From the IMG/VR virus record IMGVR_UViG_3300034062_003964, positions 32,001-96,000 of that record: a DNA stretch of 64,000 nt; one strand, given 5' to 3'. The DNA is from a virus. The first letter of the stretch is position 1. Each line of letters begins with the position of its first letter. Under the pieces are notes generated by a model, which worked only from the letters and a program-made list of their open reading frames with translations, was not told the origin of the DNA and made no database searches. Positions 30,293 through 40,396 of this stretch are shown here, in pieces. The position numbers and the translations under genes were made by a program.

Positions 30293-30684
30293 TCGTAAAC
30301 GACTTGGATAAAATGAAATGGTTTTATCAAGATGTAATTGGATTGGAAATTCTTTATGATAAAATAGAAGAAGGTCGGTTTTTAAATCATATACTTAATT
30401 CTGTTAATAAATCTCCAAGAATTATTAAATTGGGTAAAGATAATAAAACAATAGTTGAATTGCTTTATTTTGGAAGTTGTGAAATAAATAAAAAAAGTCT
30501 TTTTGAAAACGGGTACACTCATTTTGCATTTACTATAGATAATGTTAAAACTCTTTACGATAAGTTTATTGATAATAATTTACCTATCATTAATACTCCG
30601 ACAATTTCTGATGAAAAAACGGTTAAAGTTTTTTTTGGTTCGGACCCAGAAAATAATATTATAGAATTTGTTGAGTTATTATGA
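30271..30684 (+). CDS. VOC/glyoxalase-family protein
   Basis: HVGIVVNDL, VELL, HFAFTI, DPENNIIEFVE. Confidence 0.85.
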   Translation: MFRHVGIVVNDLDKMKWFYQDVIGLEILYDKIEEGRFLNHILNSVNKSPRIIKLGKDNKTIVELLYFGSCEINKKSLFENGYTHFAFTIDNVKTLYDKFIDNNLPIINTPTISDEKTVKVFFGSDPENNIIEFVELL

Positions 30685-31448
30685 TAGTAGGAGTTTTACA
30701 AGGTCGTCTTAGTGAGCCGGTCAATAAAAAAATGCAAGAGTTTCCACTTAACTGGAAATCCGAATTTAATGTTTTAAATCATATCGAGTTGAGTGGTATC
30801 GAATGGTTAATAACTCCAAACGATAACTTAAATAATCCATTATTTATTGAATCTAATTTACCCACTAACATCTTATCGGTTTGTGTAGATACTATGGTTA
30901 ATAATTCATTTTACAAAGATGAATTTATGAATCAAAATTTAGTACCTGTTTTAGATAAAATGGTAGAACTAAAATTGAATAAAATAGTAATACCACTTTT
31001 AGAAGATAGTTCAGTGGAAAATGAATATATCAGATATGAATTTTTAAAAAACATAATTCCAATATCTGAAAAATATCCATCAATTAATTTTTGTTTTGAA
31101 TTTGAATGTGATAAAGAAATTGTGATGGATGTCGTAAATAATAAAGACAATTTTTTTATTACCTATGATACCGGTAATTTCACCTCAACATATAAAGAAA
31201 AAATAGACCATGAAGAATTAATAAATTACTTCGGGTCAAAAATAAAAAATGTTCATTTTAAAGATAGAACTTTTAATGGTGAAACAAAACATTTTGGGTT
31301 AGGCGATACCAATTTTAAAACTATAATTGATTCATTAAAAAATATTAATTACACTGATAACATCATATTGCAACTTGCAAGAGATGTGGATGGTGATGAA
31401 ATAAATTACATAAAAAATACATACCAAAAAATCAAAACATTATTATGA
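30681..31448 (+). CDS. Sugar-phosphate isomerase/epimerase (xylose isomerase-like TIM barrel)
   Basis: QGRLS, YDTGN, VHFKDR, LGDTNF. Confidence 0.8.
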   Translation: MIVGVLQGRLSEPVNKKMQEFPLNWKSEFNVLNHIELSGIEWLITPNDNLNNPLFIESNLPTNILSVCVDTMVNNSFYKDEFMNQNLVPVLDKMVELKLNKIVIPLLEDSSVENEYIRYEFLKNIIPISEKYPSINFCFEFECDKEIVMDVVNNKDNFFITYDTGNFTSTYKEKIDHEELINYFGSKIKNVHFKDRTFNGETKHFGLGDTNFKTIIDSLKNINYTDNIILQLARDVDGDEINYIKNTYQKIKTLL

Positions 31449-32263
31449 GAAACTTATTTGATTTAGATGGTAAGGTTGCTTTAATTACCGGCGCGGGTGG
31501 ATTATTAGGTCCAAAACACGCCGAGGCTCTTTTAGAATATGGGGCTAAAGTAATTCTTACAGATGTCGACATGGATATGTTATCTAAAAAACACAAAGAA
31601 CTTTCTTCAGTTTATGGGGAAGAAAATGTGTTTATGGAATACATGAATGTTACAGACAAAAAAAGTGTAAATGAGGTGTCAAACAAATATGAAAGAATCG
31701 ATATCCTTATTAATAACGCGGCTAAAGACCCAAAAGTCACAAAAGACGATAAAAGTTTAACGCCTGAAACAAGATTTGAGGTGATGACTGAATCGTATTT
31801 TAAAGAAGGTATTGATGCAATTATAAACGGAACTTTTATTACTTCACAAGTAATTTGTAATAAAATGTTAGAAACGGGTGGTGGTGTTGTATTAAACATT
31901 TCGTCTGATTTGGGTGTGATTGCACCTGACCAAAGAATCTACAGAGATGAAACAAAATCTGAAAACGAACAGAATGTAAAACCAATTACATATTCGGCAG
32001 CCAAATGGGCTGTAATTGGTATGACAAAATATCTTTCTACATATTTCGCCAAAAATAATATTAGAGTAAATTGTTTAAGTCCGACAGGTGTTTATAACGA
32101 CCATCCTGTTGATTTTGTAACTAAGTTATCTAATATTATACCGATGGGTAGAATGGCTCACATTGATGAATATAAAGGTGCGATTGTGTTTATGTGTTCT
32201 GACGCAAGTTCATATATGACAGGTTCGAATGTTGTAATAGACGGAGGGAAAACAGTATGGTAG
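31445..32263 (+). CDS. SDR family oxidoreductase
   Basis: TGAGGLLG, LINNAA, YSAAK, RVNCLSP, DGG. Confidence 0.9.
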   Translation: MRNLFDLDGKVALITGAGGLLGPKHAEALLEYGAKVILTDVDMDMLSKKHKELSSVYGEENVFMEYMNVTDKKSVNEVSNKYERIDILINNAAKDPKVTKDDKSLTPETRFEVMTESYFKEGIDAIINGTFITSQVICNKMLETGGGVVLNISSDLGVIAPDQRIYRDETKSENEQNVKPITYSAAKWAVIGMTKYLSTYFAKNNIRVNCLSPTGVYNDHPVDFVTKLSNIIPMGRMAHIDEYKGAIVFMCSDASSYMTGSNVVIDGGKTVW

Positions 32264-32832
32264 AAATGGTTATAAAGAATATTCAGGAGTCAATTAAATT
32301 GAAGACTGAACTATTGAATGACAAAGAGATTATAAACAACTCAAATACGATTGCAGAAAAAATCATCGAGTGTTATAAAAACGGTAATAAAGTATTCTTT
32401 TGTGGTAATGGTGGAAGTTTTGCTGATGCACAACACCTTTCAGCAGAATTAAGTGGTCGATTCTATTTTGATAGAGACCCGTTAGAAGTTGTTTTATTAG
32501 CGGCCAATGTTTCTTATTTAACTGCGGTAGGAAATGATTACTCATATTCAGATATCTTCTCACGAGAAATTAAATCATCAGTAAAAGAAGGTGATATTCT
32601 AATTTGTTTCTCAACCTCAGGTAAATCAAAAAATGTTATTAAAGCAATTGGAGTCGCTAAAAACAAGGGAGCGATTATCGCATCCTTTATTGGTAATGAT
32701 GGTGGGGAAATGAAAGATATATCAGATTATAATTTAATTATACCCTCAAATAACACCGCAAGAATACAAGAATGTCACACACTACTTGGGCATACAATTT
32801 TAGAAATAGTAGAAAATAAAATGTTTAAATAA
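32257..32832 (+). CDS. gmhA: Phosphoheptose isomerase (SIS domain)
   Basis: CGNGGSFADAQH, GNDY, STSGKS, RIQECH. Confidence 0.88.
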   Translation: MVEMVIKNIQESIKLKTELLNDKEIINNSNTIAEKIIECYKNGNKVFFCGNGGSFADAQHLSAELSGRFYFDRDPLEVVLLAANVSYLTAVGNDYSYSDIFSREIKSSVKEGDILICFSTSGKSKNVIKAIGVAKNKGAIIASFIGNDGGEMKDISDYNLIIPSNNTARIQECHTLLGHTILEIVENKMFK

Positions 32833-32838
32833 TAAAAA

Positions 32839-33675
32839 ATGAAAAAAACTTATGTAATTGCAGAAATAGGTATCAACCATAATGGTGACCTTGATTTAGC
32901 TAAAGAACTTATCGTAATGGCTAAAACTTACGAATGTGACGCTGTCAAATTTCAAAAAAGAGATATTGAATCAGTATACACTAAAGAAGAATTAGACACT
33001 CAAAGAGAATCTCCTTGGGGAACAACTAATCGTGAACAAAAGATGGGATTAGAGTTTAGTATTGAACAATACAAAGACTTAGAAAAATTCTCAAACGCTT
33101 TAGGTTTAGATTTTATCGTTTCTTGTTGGGATTTAAAAAGTGTTGATTTAATCGAATCAAATCTAAACGTGAAATACCATAAAATTGCATCAGCGTTATT
33201 AACTGATAAATCATTTTTAGAGAAATTAAATTCAACAGGTAAACCAATTATTGTTTCTACTGGTATGTCAACAGAGGAAGAAGTTGATGCGGCTATTAAT
33301 ATTTTAAATAATGTAGAATACGTTTTAGCGTGTACTAGCACATACCCAACAAAAGATGAAGAAATTAATTTAAACTATATCAAAACTTTAAAAGAAAAAT
33401 ACCCACAATATAAGATTGGGTTTTCTAACCACGCAAGTGGAATGATTCCTTGTTTTGGAGCAGTGGCTTTAGGTTCTGAGTGTGTTGAATTTCACATCAC
33501 AAAAGATAGAACAATGTACGGTTCTGACCAATCAGCGTCTATTGAAAATGTTGGGGATTTAGTGTCAGGAATTCGTAAAATGGAAACGGTTTTAGGAGAT
33601 GGTATAAAGGTTGTATTTGAAACTGAAAAACCAATCGCAAAAAAATTAAGAAAAGTTAATGATATTATTTCATAA
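32839..33675 (+). CDS. neuB: N-acetylneuraminate-synthase family enzyme (short form, no C-terminal SAF domain)
   Basis: IAEIGINHNG, AVKFQKR, KIAS, STGMS, CTSTYP, GFSNH, EFHIT, GSDQ. Confidence 0.9.
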   Translation: MKKTYVIAEIGINHNGDLDLAKELIVMAKTYECDAVKFQKRDIESVYTKEELDTQRESPWGTTNREQKMGLEFSIEQYKDLEKFSNALGLDFIVSCWDLKSVDLIESNLNVKYHKIASALLTDKSFLEKLNSTGKPIIVSTGMSTEEEVDAAINILNNVEYVLACTSTYPTKDEEINLNYIKTLKEKYPQYKIGFSNHASGMIPCFGAVALGSECVEFHITKDRTMYGSDQSASIENVGDLVSGIRKMETVLGDGIKVVFETEKPIAKKLRKVNDIIS

Positions 33676-33676
33676 T

Positions 33677-34636
33677 ATGAAAAAACTTTTAGCAATAACC
33701 CATCCAGATGAATGGAATCAATTATTACCATTTAATTCTTTTATAAGAAATTTAAAAGAATTAAATGGTTATGAATATGTTATTGCTGTAGTTCCATATA
33801 AAGGTAATATTGTAATATCTGAGGCAGATGAAATAATTACTATTAAAGATGGTGATTTATTTTCATATCCCGCAATTTTAGAAAAATTAGACACAAGAAG
33901 AAATGACGATTTTTTAAATCGATGTGTGAAGTTTTGTTTTGAAAAATATGGTTCTGAAAATATAGATATTAAAAGTTGGCAAAATACTGATTATGACATT
34001 GGTGTTGTAGATGAAATTAACAAACCACCATTAGAATATTATCGTAAATCTTTTGAATACGCTAAAAAATTTTTTGATGATGGACTAACAATAACTCCAA
34101 CAAAAAAAATATTTGGGTCCGTAAAACAAAAATACGGTAACCTATTCAATGACAAAACCATAATTGTCCTAACTCGTAATTTCACCAATAAAGCGAATAT
34201 TCATAATACGGCAAATACTTTACCTTATTTAGAAAAAACTTTAAATCATCTAATTGATAATGGTATAAAAATAGTAAATATTGGGTTCCCTCCAAAATCT
34301 TTTGATATCAAAAATTCTAATTATATCGAAATAAATGATAACCTAACACAAGATGAGTTAATTTCTTTATTTTACTTATCGTCTGGAGTTATGATGGCAG
34401 CAGATGCGGGTGGATTTGTAACACACTATGGTAGCAATGTTGATTTTTACATTATGAGTGAAGAATGGTCAGTTACAAATAAACAAGTTTCTATAAGTTT
34501 AATTGATTCTAAAAAAACAAATAAAACAATCTCTTTGGTTGGGTTAAGTGATGAGGATATATACCAAAACATCATTAATAATATAAGACCACAAGAGATT
34601 GTATTCTCAAAAGAAAAAATAATAAATATAATATAA
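33677..34636 (+). CDS. Hypothetical protein, possible GT-B glycosyltransferase
   Basis: Island context; C-term IVNIG...AADAGG resembles GT9-like enzymes; start moved to ATG 33677. Confidence 0.4.
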   Translation: MKKLLAITHPDEWNQLLPFNSFIRNLKELNGYEYVIAVVPYKGNIVISEADEIITIKDGDLFSYPAILEKLDTRRNDDFLNRCVKFCFEKYGSENIDIKSWQNTDYDIGVVDEINKPPLEYYRKSFEYAKKFFDDGLTITPTKKIFGSVKQKYGNLFNDKTIIVLTRNFTNKANIHNTANTLPYLEKTLNHLIDNGIKIVNIGFPPKSFDIKNSNYIEINDNLTQDELISLFYLSSGVMMAADAGGFVTHYGSNVDFYIMSEEWSVTNKQVSISLIDSKKTNKTISLVGLSDEDIYQNIINNIRPQEIVFSKEKIINII

Positions 34637-34935
34637 TGATATATTGTTTTGATTTAGATGGTACTCTGTGTACCAACACTAATGGAGATTATAAAAATGC
34701 TGAGCCATTTTTAAAAAGAATAAAAAAAGTAAATGAGTTACATGAAAATGGTAATAAAATTATAATTGATACCGCAAGAGGAGCGACAACAGGTATCGAT
34801 TGGTACGATTTAACAGAAAATCAATTACGTAGTTGGGGTGTAAATTTTGATAAATTAATTGTTGGTAAAAAGGTTCATGCAGATGTTTTTATTGATGATA
34901 AAGGAATAAATGATAATTTTTTTTTTAACGAATGA
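34636..34935 (+). CDS. Small HAD phosphatase (capsule-biosynthesis type)
   Basis: FDLDGTL, TARG, GK, FIDDK. Confidence 0.85.
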   Translation: MIYCFDLDGTLCTNTNGDYKNAEPFLKRIKKVNELHENGNKIIIDTARGATTGIDWYDLTENQLRSWGVNFDKLIVGKKVHADVFIDDKGINDNFFFNE

Positions 34936-35705
34936 ATAATGAACCCTCATATGATTTAGTAATTGTTGCTCATGAAAAAGATTTTTCACACATAAAATTT
35001 ATAGTGGAACAATCTGAGTATAATTTAAATTTTGATTCTATACACTTAATATTGAGTGAAAGAGAACCTTTTAATGACCTTGATATTTTAAAAGGTATCA
35101 CTAAAAAACCAATATACTTACACAATGAAACTGATGTTTTAAAAATCGATAGGTCTCGTTTGGAATATAGACCTAACTGGACATATCAGATATTTTTAAA
35201 ATTGTTTCAAAATGTAACTAAAAATGATAATTTTTTAGTTATAGAGGCGGATTCTGTAATATTAAAACCTTTAAACTTTTTTGAAGATGGAAAAACCATT
35301 TTCTATTTGGGAAGAGATTACATACATGAACCGTATTTTACATTCAATAAAAATGTTTTGGGGTTAAATGAGCGTTTTAATCATTCATTTGTCTGTGAAT
35401 TCATGATGTATAATAAAAAAATAATAAAAGACATGTTATTGAAATGTAATTGTAATACACCTGAAGATTTTTTAGAACTTGTTTACAAAAACATTTCTGA
35501 GTACTGTGTTCCTGCGGACTACGAAATATATGGAAATTTTGTTTATGAACATCATAATGATAAATTTTTAACAAAAAATGTTACATACGAATTACATGGT
35601 AGGGATGGTAGGTCAGAAAAATTTACAGATGATGATATTAAAACTCTTATTGAAAGAAATAAAGATTTGGAATCATTGAGTTTCCATGTTTGGCATTTAA
35701 ATTAA
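34932..35705 (+). CDS. Putative GT-A glycosyltransferase (DUF6492-like)
   Basis: WTYQIFLKL, EADSV, DYEIYG pattern; island context. Confidence 0.5.
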   Translation: MNNEPSYDLVIVAHEKDFSHIKFIVEQSEYNLNFDSIHLILSEREPFNDLDILKGITKKPIYLHNETDVLKIDRSRLEYRPNWTYQIFLKLFQNVTKNDNFLVIEADSVILKPLNFFEDGKTIFYLGRDYIHEPYFTFNKNVLGLNERFNHSFVCEFMMYNKKIIKDMLLKCNCNTPEDFLELVYKNISEYCVPADYEIYGNFVYEHHNDKFLTKNVTYELHGRDGRSEKFTDDDIKTLIERNKDLESLSFHVWHLN

Positions 35706-35709
35706 GATT

Positions 35710-36630
35710 ATGAATAATGAAAATAAAATATTAGTAACCGGAGGTTCTGGGTTAGTTGGGAAGTATCTAAAAAAAATATTACCTGATGCCGTATATATCT
35801 CATCTAAAGATTACGATTTAACTACAGAAAATGGTGTTCAAAAGATGTTTTTAAAACACAAACCAAATATTGTAATACATTTAGCCGCTAGGGTTGGGGG
35901 AATAATTGATAATATTGAGCACCCTGCGGAATATTTCACACAAAACGTTTTAATGAATACTCTTTTAGTTGAGTATTCTAGAATTTTTAAAGTAAAAAAA
36001 TTTATAGGTATTTTAAGTACTTGTATCTATCCTGACATCGCAAAAAAATATCCGATGGATGAGTCAATGTTACATGACGGACCACCAACTATAACAAATT
36101 TTTCATATGGGTATTCTAAACGTTCAATGGGGGCACAAATAGACGCATACAACCAACAATACAATTTAAACTATCAATACCTAATACCTTGTAATTTATA
36201 CGGTGAAGAAGATAAAGATGATGAAAATAAAAGTCATTTTTTAACATCCCTTATAAAAAAAATACACTCATCAAAAAAAAATAAAAAAGATGATATAACT
36301 CTTTTTGGTGACGGAACTCCATTACGTCAATTTATGTTTGCAGGTGATTTTGCTGAAATTATAAAAATGACAATTGATAGTGGTGTGAACGATAGTTTTA
36401 ATGTTGCAACAGAAGAAAACTTATCAATTAAAGATATGGCTGAAATAGCATTAAAAGTCACAAATAATCAAAACATAAAAATAAATTGGGATACAACCAA
36501 ACCAAATGGTCAATTTAGAAAAGACGTATCAATAGATAAATTTAAAAATTTGTTTCCAAATTTTAAATTCACACCTTTAAGTGAAGGTATAAAATTAGTA
36601 TATAATTCATATTATGGTAAAATTAGTTAA
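35710..36630 (+). CDS. fcl: GDP-L-fucose/GDP-colitose synthase (Fcl/ColC)
   Basis: VTGGSGLVG, HLAARVGGI, STCIYP, YGYSKR, PCNLYG, GDGTPLRQF. Confidence 0.88.
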   Translation: MNNENKILVTGGSGLVGKYLKKILPDAVYISSKDYDLTTENGVQKMFLKHKPNIVIHLAARVGGIIDNIEHPAEYFTQNVLMNTLLVEYSRIFKVKKFIGILSTCIYPDIAKKYPMDESMLHDGPPTITNFSYGYSKRSMGAQIDAYNQQYNLNYQYLIPCNLYGEEDKDDENKSHFLTSLIKKIHSSKKNKKDDITLFGDGTPLRQFMFAGDFAEIIKMTIDSGVNDSFNVATEENLSIKDMAEIALKVTNNQNIKINWDTTKPNGQFRKDVSIDKFKNLFPNFKFTPLSEGIKLVYNSYYGKIS

Positions 36631-37762
36631 AGACACAATTGACAAAAACGACATCAATAAATTAATTGAGTGGTTAAATCAAGATGAAATACCAAGACTC
36701 ACAAAAGGAGATTTAACTTGGGAATTAGAATCTAAATGGGCAAAAAAAATTGGGACAAAATACTCGGTATATGTTAACTCCGGGTCCTCAGCCATCCTTT
36801 TAGCGTTAGCCGCATTATTACACACAGATAAGTTGAGGAATAATAAAGTCGTTGTTCCAGGATTAAGTTGGGCAACCGATGTAAGTTCACCAATGTTATT
36901 AGGAATGGAACCAATACTTTGCGATTCTAACTTAGAAGACTTGTCTTGTGATTTAGAACATTTAGAGGAGTTGTTTAAGACAAATGACCCATCTTGTATG
37001 ATTTTAGTCTCACCATTAGGTTTAGTACCTAACATGGAAAAAGTGATTTCATTGTGTGAAAAATACAATGTTATTTTATTAGAAGACGTTTGTGAAAGTA
37101 TGGGGTCAAAATATCAAGGAAAATATTTAGGTTCTTTTGGTTTTGCATCATTCTTCTCAATGTATTTTGGACATCACTTAAGTACAATTGAGGGTGGGTT
37201 TATAAACACAAACGATGAGGATTTTTATTACTCATTATTAATGATGAGAAGTCATGGGTGGGATAGAGATTTACCTACACACATACAAGAAAAGTTAAGA
37301 GAAGAAAATAATGTAAATGAGTTCGACTCTTTATACACTTTTTATTTACCAGGATTCAATTTAAGAGCGACAGATTTACAGGCGTTTATTGGTTTAATGG
37401 CAATTGATAAATTAGATGGGTATAGTAAAAAAAGAAATGAAAATTTTAAAAACTATAAATCACTAGTTGGTGATAATAAAATAATGTTGGGTGAAAACGA
37501 AGGTGATTTTGTATCAAACTTTGCATACCCAATTATCAATGAAAAAAGAAATGAGATAGTTAATAAACTATTAGAAAAGAATATTGAGGTTAGACCTTTA
37601 ATAGCTGGAGACATGTCAAAAAAACCAATGTGGGTAAAAAAATATGGTCCTGTTGAATTAAAAAATTGCGAATTAATAAACAAGTTCGGATTTTACATAC
37701 CAAACCATCAAGGGTTGACTTTCGATGAAATCCAAACTATCGTATCTATAATTAACGAATGA
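36614..37762 (+). CDS. colD: GDP-4-keto-6-deoxy-D-mannose 3-dehydratase (ColD-like, DegT family)
   Basis: VNSGSSA, LEDVCESMG, SMYFGHHLSTIEGG (His where aminotransferases have the Schiff-base Lys), RSHGW.R. Confidence 0.75.
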   Translation: MVKLVKDTIDKNDINKLIEWLNQDEIPRLTKGDLTWELESKWAKKIGTKYSVYVNSGSSAILLALAALLHTDKLRNNKVVVPGLSWATDVSSPMLLGMEPILCDSNLEDLSCDLEHLEELFKTNDPSCMILVSPLGLVPNMEKVISLCEKYNVILLEDVCESMGSKYQGKYLGSFGFASFFSMYFGHHLSTIEGGFINTNDEDFYYSLLMMRSHGWDRDLPTHIQEKLREENNVNEFDSLYTFYLPGFNLRATDLQAFIGLMAIDKLDGYSKKRNENFKNYKSLVGDNKIMLGENEGDFVSNFAYPIINEKRNEIVNKLLEKNIEVRPLIAGDMSKKPMWVKKYGPVELKNCELINKFGFYIPNHQGLTFDEIQTIVSIINE

Positions 37763-38736
37763 AAAAAGTAGCACTTATAACAGGGATTAATGGACAAGAT
37801 GGTTCATATCTCGCAGAATTCCTTTTAGAAAAAGGTTATGAAGTTCATGGGACTTTGAAAAGAAATTCAGTGTCAGAAAATCAAACAAGTAGATTGGATA
37901 ATGTATTTGATAAATTACATTTACATTATGCAGATTTAACCGATTTATCTTCACTCACAAGAGTAATACAAGAAGTTAAACCCGTTGAAATTTATAATTT
38001 AGCGGCACAATCACACGTAAGAATTTCTTTTGACCAACCAATTTATACCGCAAATGTAACAGGTCTTGGAACACTTAATTTATTAGAGGCGGTAAAATTA
38101 TTAAACAAAGATATAAAAATATACCAAGCCTCCTCATCTGAAATGTTTGGTAATACTATTGATGATGATGGATATCAAAGAGAGACTACTCAATTAAATC
38201 CCGTATCACCTTATGGTTGCGCAAAAGTATTCTCATATAACATTTGTAGAAACTATCGTAATTCATATGGAATGAAAATATGGAATGGTATTTTGTTTAA
38301 CCACGAATCACCAAGAAGAGGGACAAACTTCGTAACTAATAAAGTAGTCAAAGCTGCCGTTAGAATTAGTTTGGGTTTACAAGAAAAATTAAATATAGGT
38401 AATTTATACGCGACAAGAGATTGGGGTCACGCTAAAGATTATGTTGAAGCCATGTGGTTAATGTTACAATCAGATAAACCTGAAGATTACGTGTGCTCGA
38501 CAGGAGTTTCTCATTCTGTACAAGATTTATGTAGTTATGTGTTTAGTTCTTTAGGTTTAGACTATAGTGACTACATAGTAATTGATGAAAAACATTTTAG
38601 ACCTGAAGAGTTATATGATTTAAAGGGAGATTCATCAAAATTAAGAGATGAATTAAATTGGAAACCAAAATATACTTTTGAATCAATGTTAGATGAAATG
38701 ATTGAATATTGGGTGGACCACTATAAAAATAAATAA
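37759..38736 (+). CDS. gmd: GDP-mannose 4,6-dehydratase
   Basis: ITGINGQDGSYLAE, YNLAAQSHV, QASSSE, SPYGCAK, FNHESPRRG, RDWGHA. Confidence 0.95.
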   Translation: MKKVALITGINGQDGSYLAEFLLEKGYEVHGTLKRNSVSENQTSRLDNVFDKLHLHYADLTDLSSLTRVIQEVKPVEIYNLAAQSHVRISFDQPIYTANVTGLGTLNLLEAVKLLNKDIKIYQASSSEMFGNTIDDDGYQRETTQLNPVSPYGCAKVFSYNICRNYRNSYGMKIWNGILFNHESPRRGTNFVTNKVVKAAVRISLGLQEKLNIGNLYATRDWGHAKDYVEAMWLMLQSDKPEDYVCSTGVSHSVQDLCSYVFSSLGLDYSDYIVIDEKHFRPEELYDLKGDSSKLRDELNWKPKYTFESMLDEMIEYWVDHYKNK

Positions 38737-38743
38737 TAATTAA

Positions 38744-39481
38744 ATGACGAGAAGAAAAATAACTCAACCAGAGGAACCTGTAATTCCTAAAACAATCACT
38801 AAGAAGGATTTCATAAACTCAGTTATTAAAAGAAAACAAAAAAATAAATTCTTATCTGACAACCAAAAAGAGTATTATGACCTATTGATTTCTAATCAAA
38901 TAACTATATGTTCAGGTCCCGCGGGTGTTGGTAAAAGTTTTATTTCTATGAGAGCGGCAGTTGACCTTTTAATGGACCCAAACAACTCTTATGAAAAACT
39001 TATTATTGTTAGACCGGCTGTTGAAGCTGAAGAAAAACTTGGTTCATTACCGGGTAATTTAGAGGAGAAATTAGACCCATACATTTTCCCATCATATTAT
39101 CTTTTAAATAAAATTATTGGAAAAGAGGCGAGAGAAAAACTTAAAGAAGCTGAAATTATCGAAGTTTTTGCATTAGCATATATGAGAGGAATGAACATCG
39201 ATAACTCGATTTTAATTTTTGAAGAAGGTCAGAACGCAACACCAAATCAAATGAAATTACTATTGACAAGGATTGGTTTTAATAGTAAGTTCTTTATATC
39301 GGGCGACTTAGAACAAACTGATAGATATAAAGATAAAAAACAATCGGGGTTATACGATGCACTACAAAGATTTAAAGATATATCTGATGTTGGTATCTAT
39401 GATTTTAGAAATGCAAAAAATGTAAGGAACCCACTAATAAGTAAAATATTAGAAAAATACGATGAAGAGAATAGGAATTGA
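38744..39481 (+). CDS. phoH: PhoH-like ATPase
   Basis: GPAGVGKS, RPAVEA.E.LG.LPG, AYMRG, EEGQN, LTRIG, GD..Q, RNPL. Confidence 0.92.
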   Translation: MTRRKITQPEEPVIPKTITKKDFINSVIKRKQKNKFLSDNQKEYYDLLISNQITICSGPAGVGKSFISMRAAVDLLMDPNNSYEKLIIVRPAVEAEEKLGSLPGNLEEKLDPYIFPSYYLLNKIIGKEAREKLKEAEIIEVFALAYMRGMNIDNSILIFEEGQNATPNQMKLLLTRIGFNSKFFISGDLEQTDRYKDKKQSGLYDALQRFKDISDVGIYDFRNAKNVRNPLISKILEKYDEENRN

Positions 39482-40115
39482 GGTTAATGGTGTATTAAGA
39501 GACACTTTTGGTAAGTTTAGACAAATATATGAAAAACATATGATTGAAAACTATGAGTCTGAAAATACCAATCAAACGTTCACTATGGATATATCTGGTA
39601 ACACTTCACTTGATGGTGTTGAGAATGAATTTACATACGAAATTATTGAACCTATTGATACATTTGAATTAAAAAATCATTTTAAATTTAAGTCAGATGA
39701 GGAATTATATGATTTTATGTTTAATGATTTTCCTATGCAAATATTTGGTCACGCTGGGTCTACTGAAACATTCACATTTAATGACCTGAATAATTTTTAT
39801 ACTAAAAATAGAGATGAATATGAAATTTTTATTGTATCAGATGAGATTGGCAAATCTAAACCATCCACTCTATTCTTTCTTTCAAAGTTTGGGTGTTTAA
39901 TAGAGAACATAAAGTTTTATTCAAACTCCACATTAGATAATATGTGGGATACAATTGACATATTATTAACATCAAATCCAAATCTTATAACAACACACCC
40001 CGATAATAAGGTTTTGGTTCAATATGTTACTGAATATAACAAAAATATAGATAACAAATATAAAATAGATAAGTTGGGAGACTTTGATGAATTAATTAAA
40101 CAAATCAAATTATGA
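39462..40115 (+). CDS. 5'(3')-deoxyribonucleotidase-like HAD protein (degenerate motif I)
   Basis: N-term RIGIEVNGVLRD resembles IGID.DGVL.D. Confidence 0.5.
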   Translation: MKRIGIEVNGVLRDTFGKFRQIYEKHMIENYESENTNQTFTMDISGNTSLDGVENEFTYEIIEPIDTFELKNHFKFKSDEELYDFMFNDFPMQIFGHAGSTETFTFNDLNNFYTKNRDEYEIFIVSDEIGKSKPSTLFFLSKFGCLIENIKFYSNSTLDNMWDTIDILLTSNPNLITTHPDNKVLVQYVTEYNKNIDNKYKIDKLGDFDELIKQIKL

Positions 40116-40393
40116 TTGCATTTTTAGGTGAAAACTATTACATTGATGTTGATGAACTTGAGAATCAAGTAAGTTTATCCAACTCTAAAGTTTTACCGCT
40201 ATCAGGTGAAACAGAAACGGAACAAATAAGTGTTACCAGATACGAAACATTTAAACTTTTATTAGATGTGGTATTATCAGAAAGGGAAGAAGTTGATGAA
40301 AATTTAGGATTGCATGGAGCAAAAGCTCTAACAATACCATTTAAATTATCTTTTAATACACTATTATTAAATAAAATAATCAAAAAATTTTAA
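40112..40393 (+). CDS. Hypothetical protein
   Basis: 93-aa ORF with ATGA coupling. Confidence 0.6.
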   Translation: MIAFLGENYYIDVDELENQVSLSNSKVLPLSGETETEQISVTRYETFKLLLDVVLSEREEVDENLGLHGAKALTIPFKLSFNTLLLNKIIKKF

Positions 40394-40396
40394 AAA

